A DNA stretch of 7,396 nucleotides from positions 1-7,396 of IMG/VR virus record IMGVR_UViG_3300029310_000108. The stretch is one strand, 5' to 3'. This stretch comes from a virus. Its lineage: Duplodnaviria > Heunggongvirae > Uroviricota > Caudoviricetes. Within the stretch, counting starts at the first letter, position 1; each line of letters begins with the position of its first letter. A program made the position numbers and the translations under genes. Below, one piece after another: positions 1 through 4,927 of this stretch. Below the pieces are notes generated by a model. It had not been told where the DNA came from. It worked only from the letters and a program-made list of their open reading frames with translations, and made no database searches.

Positions 1-1446
1 GATAAATTAAGAGCTTTCGCAAATGAGAGAGCGAGAATTGTTCTTGGAGAACAGATAAGAGAAAAGTCAAAAGGTCGCAATCATGATTTATCGGTTATGG
101 AGTATAAGGTGTTAAAAGAGGAAATTCGTTACGACGAATTGAAGGAACAGGCTGATGAAAAGCAACAGGAGAATGAGCAGTTGGAGCGTGAAAAGAAACA
201 GCTTGTGCATGAGTATGATACTTTATACATGCGAGTAGCGGTTAAACAGCTGGATTATGAGGAAGCTGATGAACGAGTAAAAGAGGCAAATGGGCGAAAT
301 GCCGTGCGGCGATTGCAGAACAGGCCAAAGAAGAAGTTAAGGAAGTGGCAGATGGCGACTAAGAGCAATATTTATAAAGATCCGCGCTGGCTGTCGCTGG
401 TGGAGAAATATAAAGACAATTGGGTACTGGCAGCAAAAGAATTGTTTGATATTGATTTAAGCCACCAGCAACAACAAATTGTTGAAGCTATACAGCCCAA
501 TAATGCAAAAGCTACTGTCACCACTCCGTATGGGATCGGACGACCGCAAGTGCTTGCTGTTATTAGTACCCTTTATACGATTATGTATCCTGATTCCCGG
601 ACAGTAATTGTTTATCCAAAATCAAATGTTTGCAAAAGAGGAATTGTTGCATATGTGTGGCAATGTTGGGAGGCATTGCTGAAAAAACAACCTTTTATCA
701 TTGAGTATTTTAAGGTCGGTGATAGCGGTCTGATGTTCAATGAATTTTGGGGAATGTGCTTTTGTAACTACCGCCTTAACTATGAAGATAGCATTGCAGG
801 TCACTACGCCGACCATCTTTTATTCATTATTGTGGATTCCGCACATATCAGCGATCGGGCATACAGCATTGTGTGGGCAAGCATGACTAGTGGTGATTCA
901 CGCATATTGCTCACTTCAATTCCGTCACCAGAGGAAATAGGCTTTTTTTATGATTCACATCATGGACGTGCTTTAGCTGAAGATAATCCGAGTGGTGTAT
1001 ATAAAGCCATTAAGCTGAGTGCGGAGGATTCACCATTTATTACCCAAGAATATCTTGATCATTTTGCCGAAAGGTATGGCGGGCGAAATAGTGATGACTA
1101 TCGTCGTATGATTCTTGGTGAGTTCCCTGGTATTAGGGAGGCTGTTCTTGAATCAGATATGCCGAAGACAATGCGCTTTTCGATGCCTGATGGTAGTGAA
1201 TGGACAATGCCATTACGAGTGATAGCCCGGCATCATGCGCAGCACCACGCCAAAAAACATGGCGTCACGACATTAGAATGGTTGAAATCGCACACTATTC
1301 CACTCTTCACTGCAGATCACAATGCTATCGTTGAGTGGGCAAAAACAATTCCGTGGGAGCATGTCGCTGAATATGCTCACATGCTAAAACCGCCGAAAGA
1401 CAGGCACGAAATTAGCTGGCTGACAGCCGAAAAAATCATTGAATGA
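1..1446 (+). CDS. 5'-partial ORF: N-terminal coiled-coil segment followed by an ASCE-type ATPase-like core with terminase-large-subunit-like motif order; no nuclease domain; product uncertain
   Basis: Frame 1 is open from base 1: there is no stop before the first ATG at 97 and no Shine-Dalgarno in front of that ATG, so the gene probably starts upstream of the window. Stop TGA at 1444-1446. Motifs read from the translation: Q-rich LSHQQQQIVEAI, Walker-B-like LLFIIVDSAH, motif-III-like ILLTSIPSP, then RRMILGEFPG. The expected Walker A position (TTPYGIGRPQV) lacks GK[ST]. Family assignment is from remembered motif patterns only. Confidence 0.55.
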   Translation, partial: DKLRAFANERARIVLGEQIREKSKGRNHDLSVMEYKVLKEEIRYDELKEQADEKQQENEQLEREKKQLVHEYDTLYMRVAVKQLDYEEADERVKEANGRNAVRRLQNRPKKKLRKWQMATKSNIYKDPRWLSLVEKYKDNWVLAAKELFDIDLSHQQQQIVEAIQPNNAKATVTTPYGIGRPQVLAVISTLYTIMYPDSRTVIVYPKSNVCKRGIVAYVWQCWEALLKKQPFIIEYFKVGDSGLMFNEFWGMCFCNYRLNYEDSIAGHYADHLLFIIVDSAHISDRAYSIVWASMTSGDSRILLTSIPSPEEIGFFYDSHHGRALAEDNPSGVYKAIKLSAEDSPFITQEYLDHFAERYGGRNSDDYRRMILGEFPGIREAVLESDMPKTMRFSMPDGSEWTMPLRVIARHHAQHHAKKHGVTTLEWLKSHTIPLFTADHNAIVEWAKTIPWEHVAEYAHMLKPPKDRHEISWLTAEKIIE

Positions 1447-1453
1447 TATCAAC

Positions 1454-1486
1454 AAAAAGCCCGCCAGGTCTGGCGGGCTTCTTTAT
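1454..1486. terminator. Bidirectional rho-independent terminator between convergent genes
   Basis: GC-rich inverted repeat GCCCGCCAG / CTGGCGGGC (about 1459-1478) flanked by AAAAA on the left and CTTCTTTAT on the right. On the minus strand it reads as stem-loop followed by TTTTTGTTG. It sits between the stop of the plus ORF (1446) and the stop of the minus-strand humD-like gene (1492). Confidence 0.65.
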
Positions 1487-1491
1487 GCGCC

Positions 1492-1881
1492 TTAAATCAC
1501 AGGTCTATAATCAAACTCCCCACTTCGGGCATCATTAATGACATGAGTGATCACACCAAACACAGCATTACTGCCCGTGCATCCATCGTCATCTACTGGT
1601 AACGCCTCTTTCTTCCCGGTGCTTAAATCCTCCAGGTGCTGGCGCGGATACTTCCTGTATCTCTTTATGCGATATTCACCCTCCATAGCGCATATAAGCA
1701 GTGAACCATCAACCGGAGTAAGTGAGGAATCAACCACCAGCAAAGCACCTTGCAATATTCCCTCACGGTGATGGCTGTCTGCCGCCCGCATGAAGTAGGT
1801 CGCGGAAGGATGTCTGATTAGTTGCTGATCAAGAGAAATGCGGCTCTCTGCATAATCCGCCGCAGGAGAAGGGAAGCCCAT
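1492..1881 (-). CDS. humD: UmuD'-like S24 (LexA/UmuD family) protein, HumD-like; begins at the residue equivalent to the post-cleavage N-terminus of UmuD'
   Basis: 129-aa ORF with ATG at 1881 and GAGG 9 nt upstream. The translation [30 protein letters not shown]... closely follows E. coli UmuD from its Cys24/Gly25 cleavage site ([29 protein letters not shown]). The Ser (ADSHH) and Lys (EYRIKRYRK) at the UmuD active-site positions are present, and the C-terminal VFGVITHVI matches UmuD VFGVVIHVV. Recalled from memory, not searched. Confidence 0.85.
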   Translation of the reverse strand: [129 protein letters not shown]

Positions 1882-1899
1882 AGCGTTTTACCTCAATGA

Positions 1900-1919
1900 T
1901 ACTGTTTATTCATACAGTA
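1900..1919. promoter_or_regulatory. LexA (SOS) box, CTGT-N8-ACAG
   Basis: Plus strand tACTGTttattcatACAGta: CTGT at 1902-1905, 8-bp AT-rich spacer, ACAG at 1914-1917. This matches the E. coli LexA consensus TACTGT(AT)4ACAGTA. It lies 19-38 bp upstream of the humD-like start codon and overlaps the putative -10. Confidence 0.8.
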
Positions 1920-1945
1920 TACATTGAAAAGGCATAGTTTGTGAA
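1916..1945 (-). promoter_or_regulatory. Putative sigma70 promoter of the humD-like gene (-35 TTCACA, 18-bp spacer, -10 TATACT), with the -10 overlapped by the LexA box
   Basis: On the minus strand: TTCACA (plus 1940-1945), 18 bp, TATACT (plus 1916-1921). The -10 hexamer shares bases with the first half-site of the LexA box. Predicted by eye only. Confidence 0.45.
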
Positions 1946-2004
1946 AGCGGGGTTTGTAGGCGCGCCACGCTGGGGGCTAATCACATTTCTCCCCCATCTT
2001 GCCG

Positions 2005-2256
2005 TTATTTTTTTGGTGCATCCTCGTTCTGATACACCGGATCGCTCCCTTTTGGCAACTGGAGGCTTAACTTCCGGTAGTGCCGTAGCCGTTCCATGAA
2101 ATAGGCGCGCAGGTTTTCCGGTTGCTCACGGGCCACCTGCTCTGCAATCACAGGTATATTCAGCCGTTCTTTGTAAGCAACGCCGCTGGCGGCAAGGTCT
2201 ACGTTCACCTTGTCTCGCTCTTCCTGGCTTTTAGCTGCTATATTTCGATCTGACAC
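2005..2256 (-). CDS. hot: Homologue of DNA polymerase III theta subunit (HolE-like; phage P1 Hot-like)
   Basis: 83-aa ORF with a GTG start at 2256 preceded by AGGAGG and a 6-nt spacer. The translation ...[47 protein letters not shown]... matches E. coli theta (...[46 protein letters not shown]...) nearly residue for residue in the core. Recalled from memory. Confidence 0.85.
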   Translation of the reverse strand: MSDRNIAAKSQEERDKVNVDLAASGVAYKERLNIPVIAEQVAREQPENLRAYFMERLRHYRKLSLQLPKGSDPVYQNEDAPKK

Positions 2257-2288
2257 AAGAAACCTCCTAGAGTTAGTGGATCAGGCAC

Positions 2289-2645
2289 ATGCACAATAAC
2301 GTTCTCAATGTTAGCCGTTCAATTCAGACAATCAGAGACTGCACCAGTGTGGTGGCATCAATCCCATTGCGAAATAGCATAGACGAACTGCAAATTCGTG
2401 TATTGAACCTGAATCATGCCAATGCAATTAAGCAATTGCGCTTTATTTTGACGCTTAAAAGTGAAGCAGAGGGGGTAAAGCACAGCGTAAAAGTGTTTTC
2501 TGAGGCCATCCTGCTTAATGGGAGGCTTCGGCATCTGGTGAGGCCAGAACGTCAATATCATGACGTCCTGGCTTGTGAAAAAGACCTTCTTTCTGAAGTT
2601 CAGGATAGGGTGATCGATTTCGTTAAATCTCATCCCCTGCATTGA
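2289..2645 (+). CDS. Possible antisense-oriented hypothetical protein (118 aa) in the gap between two minus-strand genes; coding status uncertain
   Basis: Only protein-like ORF in the roughly 370-bp space between the minus-strand genes at 2630-2914 and 2005-2256. The translation has helix-like periodicity and no low-complexity runs, whereas the overlapping minus-strand ORF 2358-2642 looks like a shadow ORF. Against it: weak ribosome-binding site (CAGGCAC before ATG), several AGG/AGA/ATA codons, only 32 bp to the divergent hot start, and a 16-bp convergent overlap with the neighbouring gene. Confidence 0.3.
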   Translation: MHNNVLNVSRSIQTIRDCTSVVASIPLRNSIDELQIRVLNLNHANAIKQLRFILTLKSEAEGVKHSVKVFSEAILLNGRLRHLVRPERQYHDVLACEKDLLSEVQDRVIDFVKSHPLH

Positions 2646-2914
2646 GGGCAGGTGTTACCTTCCGCAAAGTAGGGAAAGCTGCTATCAAGTTCATCGCACC
2701 ATCTGCGATGGTCGTAGCACCAAAAAGTCTCCCACGACAAACAAAAAGACTTCATCCACCGGGACACTCGGTCGGGTATATCTGCTGGTGGTCGCTCCTC
2801 TGGCAATAATTTACCTGATAATTCCCTTTCCGCCCGCGCCAGCATTCCTTTGAGGCTGGCATTCTCTTTTTCAAGAATCTCTACGCGCGCCTGTAACTCA
2901 GCTTTCGTTGGCAT
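2630..2914 (-). CDS. Hypothetical small protein (94 aa): N-terminal coiled-coil-like segment and a Cys/Trp-rich C-terminal tail ending in CPQC
   Basis: Minus-strand ORF; start chosen at ATG 2912-2914 (MPTKAELQARVEILEKEN...) because GAGG lies 6 nt upstream. Upstream in-frame ATGs at 2926 and 2986 lack a Shine-Dalgarno. Overlaps the stop of the upstream gene (2898) by 17 nt. Five Cys in the tail (C-x7-C-x6-C-x15-C-x2-C). Confidence 0.45.
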   Translation of the reverse strand: MPTKAELQARVEILEKENASLKGMLARAERELSGKLLPEERPPADIPDRVSRWMKSFCLSWETFWCYDHRRWCDELDSSFPYFAEGNTCPQCRG

Positions 2915-3662
2915 GGTCCGCCTCATGTTTATCAGCCACCAGCGGCAATAAAGCCTTCGCCATTTCATGAACCAACATGGCATCAATGACGCCTAGCGTA
3001 TGGCCCGGCTTAATCTTTAATGCGGCCTCAAGATAGCCTCTTTCCAGAGTGGTTTTTACGCTTTTCCTGGGCGCTTGTTGGGAACTATCCGGAAAATCCG
3101 GATGGTTGCCAGCCTCATAAGCTACCCGCAACCAGTGCATGAATGTTTCCGCAGACACACAACCGCAGTCCACATCGATTTTCCCGCGCTGCTGCTCCAG
3201 CCATTGCTCAAAATCTAACTTGTAAGCCTTACTTTCAAGTTCATCACCATTGAACTCGACTTGCTGCGACGCTATGAGAGCGGCTTCGTATTGTTCGTGA
3301 GTGACAACTGACTGGTATTCATCGCTATCAAGGTCATGAATTGGAAGCTCAATCTCAAAACAAAAATTGCGCCCATCGAACTGGTCTTTTTTGCAGTCTG
3401 AGCCAAAAGCAAAAGTCGCGCATGGCACCATTAAATTGGCACTGAGCAGGCGACAATCGATCATACCATAAGGCCATCCGCCGCGCTTAGGCAACTCCTT
3501 CACTAACAAGTCGATCAGCTTCATTGTTTTACCATCTTTGCAAGTCGCCAAAGCCATTTGGGCAAGCTCCAATACCTCATCTGCCGTGTATCCAGCGCCG
3601 TGTCCATACATTTCGATGCGTGCAATAATCTCTGATATGCGAAATTTAGTGATTTTAGTCAT
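2898..3662 (-). CDS. Hypothetical protein (254 aa; 260 aa if the in-frame ATG at 3680 is used), Cys-containing, no family recognised
   Basis: Longest ORF in the array. ATG 3660-3662 overlaps the TGA stop of the upstream small gene as ATGA (MTKITKFRISEII...). An alternative in-frame ATG at 3678-3680 has AAGG 6 nt upstream. Stop TGA at 2898-2900. Seven Cys including VDCGC. Confidence 0.7.
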   Translation of the reverse strand: MTKITKFRISEIIARIEMYGHGAGYTADEVLELAQMALATCKDGKTMKLIDLLVKELPKRGGWPYGMIDCRLLSANLMVPCATFAFGSDCKKDQFDGRNFCFEIELPIHDLDSDEYQSVVTHEQYEAALIASQQVEFNGDELESKAYKLDFEQWLEQQRGKIDVDCGCVSAETFMHWLRVAYEAGNHPDFPDSSQQAPRKSVKTTLERGYLEAALKIKPGHTLGVIDAMLVHEMAKALLPLVADKHEADHANES

Positions 3663-3868
3663 AGTTTTATTTCCTTGCATGGTTCGCCTTTACGGCATAC
3701 GGCTACACGGTCATTTCTTACATTAACCACTGTCACCGTTCCGTCATCACATTGAATAACGATGAAAGGGTGTTCATTCTCTTTTGTGCAATGTTGCTGT
3801 TCTCCAGCCATTGCAGCCGGAGGATCAAATAGCGCCAGAACAAATGCCAACCTTAAAAAATGCTTCAT
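3659..3868 (-). CDS. Small secreted protein (69 aa) with predicted Sec signal peptide and four Cys in the roughly 47-aa mature part
   Basis: ATG at 3866-3868 with AAGG 4 nt upstream. N-terminus MKHFLRLAFVLALFDPPAAMA has a basic n-region, a hydrophobic core and an AxA-type cleavage site. Mature region GEQQHCTKENEHPFIVIQCDDGTVTVVNVRNDRVAVCRKGEPCKEIKL. Stop overlaps the next gene's start (ATGA). Confidence 0.6.
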   Translation of the reverse strand: MKHFLRLAFVLALFDPPAAMAGEQQHCTKENEHPFIVIQCDDGTVTVVNVRNDRVAVCRKGEPCKEIKL

Positions 3869-3875
3869 TTGGCCT

Positions 3876-3928
3876 TATCCGTTATCAAAATTGGAATATC
3901 CGTTATCACGAGCGTGATATCCGTTATG
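3876..3928. repeat. Three direct repeats of (A/T)TATCCGTTAT(C/G) at 21-bp phasing, with a 6-2-6 inverted repeat between copies 2 and 3; putative operator or iteron-like protein-binding array
   Basis: TATCCGTTATC at 3876-3886 and 3897-3907, TATCCGTTATG at 3918-3928. Inverted repeat ATCACG-AG-CGTGAT at 3905-3918. The array begins 8 bp upstream of the start codon of the gene at 3659-3868. Confidence 0.65.
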
Positions 3929-4081
3929 AAGTGGGGAATAAGACCACTTACCAATACCCTCCGCCTGACTCAAAGTTGGCGATAAGCCAGGCTGCGAAAA
4001 GAGTAACCCCTGCTCCAAAAACTCGACCGCATCAAAATCAAATACGGCTTAGCGGAATAGCACCAGCAGACCCACGCACTG

Positions 4082-4091
4082 NNNNNNNNNN
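4082..4091. other. Assembly gap (run of 10 N)
   Basis: Literal nnnnnnnnnn in the sequence; true length and content unknown. It lies in a roughly 320-bp non-coding interval between two minus-strand genes. Confidence 0.97.
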
Positions 4092-4192
4092 ACACCCCAC
4101 CGTACCCCATTTAACACCACCAGCTAATAAAATAAATAAACCGCAAAGGCATACAAACAAAAAAGTAATCCAAAATTTCTTTCTGTTTTTCA

Positions 4193-4486
4193 TTATGGTT
4201 GACTCCAGTTATCTTCAATAACAATACTTAACCTCTGAAGCCATTCTGCTAATTTCAGCATGGCTTCTCTTTCGCTTAAACCACGCGGAAAATCATCAAG
4301 CGAAATTGTTGGCTTGAAGTTCCCCGAATTATCCATTTCAACGGTCAGATTTTGCTCCAGCACGGTATTCCTTACGCGGCTATTGTGCCGAAGCAAATAT
4401 ACTGAGCGTGATTTATTGGTTTTGTGGTCGAGCTGATATTCGGTAAGTATCATCTGGCTTCCACCATGATTATTACCGCGCCACAT
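4193..4486 (-). CDS. Hypothetical protein (97 aa), no family recognised
   Basis: ATG at 4484-4486 preceded by GGAG and a 5-nt spacer; stop TAA at 4193-4195. Follows the upstream gene's stop by 12 nt. Translation MWRGNNHGGSQMILTEYQLDHK... Confidence 0.55.
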   Translation of the reverse strand: MWRGNNHGGSQMILTEYQLDHKTNKSRSVYLLRHNSRVRNTVLEQNLTVEMDNSGNFKPTISLDDFPRGLSEREAMLKLAEWLQRLSIVIEDNWSQP

Positions 4487-4498
4487 AATTACTCCGTG

Positions 4499-4927
4499 TT
4501 AATAAGAGAAATAGACCGTTGCAACACTGTTATATTGGTCGAACGAAATAGCATTTACTTCATAGCTGGTGGGCAGCTTCTTACCAAGAATGTAGCCAGG
4601 CCATGAGTTCCACGGAATTTCTGTTCGGTCGTCGTCTTGCCACATTACGCAACCAAGAGAGCCAACCATTTCACCATATCGCTTGCCACAAGTAACAAAG
4701 CCTATATTCGGTTTTGATTGTGTGACTGATACCGTGGTGGTGTTTGCGGAAGCATTGGTTGCAGCACGCCGCGCTTGCTCGCTGGCGATAGAAGCATTTA
4801 CTGCCGCCGTGGTCGCCGCTGTTGCCGCCGCTGTTGCCGCCGCTCCAGCGGCAATAACTGACGCGTGGGATAAATGACTGGCTGATAACATAGCCAGAAA
4901 AATAATAGCTCTTTGAAATTTAGCCAT
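4499..4927 (-). CDS. Secreted protein (142 aa): signal peptide, Ala/Thr-rich low-complexity linker, and a roughly 70-aa C-terminal domain with two Cys
   Basis: ATG at 4925-4927 with AAGGTG upstream. N-terminus MAKFQRAIIFLAMLSASHLSHA is signal-peptide-like. The linker AAGAAATAAATAATTAA is encoded by a GCN-rich 12-bp tandem repeat. C-terminal domain ...GFVTCGKRYGEMVGSLGCVMWQDDD... Confidence 0.7.
   Translation of the reverse strand: MAKFQRAIIFLAMLSASHLSHASVIAAGAAATAAATAATTAAVNASIASEQARRAATNASANTTTVSVTQSKPNIGFVTCGKRYGEMVGSLGCVMWQDDDRTEIPWNSWPGYILGKKLPTSYEVNAISFDQYNSVATVYFSY
4803..4845. repeat. About 3.5 tandem copies of a 12-bp unit (GCCGCTGTTGCC) inside the secreted-protein gene
   Basis: Plus strand gccgccgtggtc (4803-4814), gccgctgttgcc (4815-4826), gccgctgttgcc (4827-4838), gccgctc (4839-4845). 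It encodes the Ala/Thr-rich linker on the minus strand. Confidence 0.85.

Noticed and set aside
622-816. Short ORFs embedded in or antisense to longer genes (622-816 -, 1547-1771 +, 3538-3726 +, 4424-4606 +, 4683-4877 +, 4927-5112 +, 4974-5207 +, 5229-5561 +, 5675-5956 +, 6167-6388 +, 6618-6842 +, 6632-6865 -)
   Set aside because: All lie within or opposite better-supported longer ORFs, lack convincing ribosome-binding sites and have skewed or low-complexity translations; treated as shadow ORFs.
97-1446. ATG at 97 as the true start of the plus-strand gene
   Set aside because: The frame is open all the way to base 1 and there is no Shine-Dalgarno before 97, so the gene more likely begins upstream of the window. 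Reported as 5'-partial from base 1.
1972-1995. GGGGG-N14-CCCCC hairpin between hot and humD as a terminator
   Set aside because: Only a 5-bp stem with a 14-nt loop and no U-tract on the minus strand; on the plus strand the T-run is about 10 nt away. At most an RNA-stabilising element, so not called as a terminator.
1492-2256. Calling the whole window colinear with phage P1
   Set aside because: Only the hot / LexA box / humD order matches what I recall of P1. No phd/doc follows humD, the neighbouring terminase-like gene is convergent rather than co-directional, and I do not recall a TGT-like gene in P1. Treated as a P1-like module in a different backbone.
2358-2642. 94-aa minus-strand ORF in the interval between the 2630-2914 gene and hot
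   Set aside because: The translation is rich in F/W/Y/C with an implausible composition (MQGMRFNEIDHPILNF...), it is in a different frame from the upstream gene and has no ribosome-binding site. It looks like a shadow of the plus-strand ORF.
2289-2645. Assigning the 118-aa plus-strand ORF to the HEPN toxin family
   Set aside because: The evidence is a single R-x5-H motif, which is expected by chance; left as hypothetical.
3876-3928. Interpreting the TTATCCGTT repeats as DnaA boxes
   Set aside because: They match the DnaA consensus TTATCCACA at only about 6 of 9 positions and none has the CACA end; the phased array looks like a specific regulator site instead.
3784-4221. 145-aa plus-strand ORF from the six-frame track
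   Set aside because: It spans the run of N (translated as XXXX), lies in an A/C-rich intergenic region, has no ribosome-binding site and a low-complexity translation; it is an artefact of the gap.
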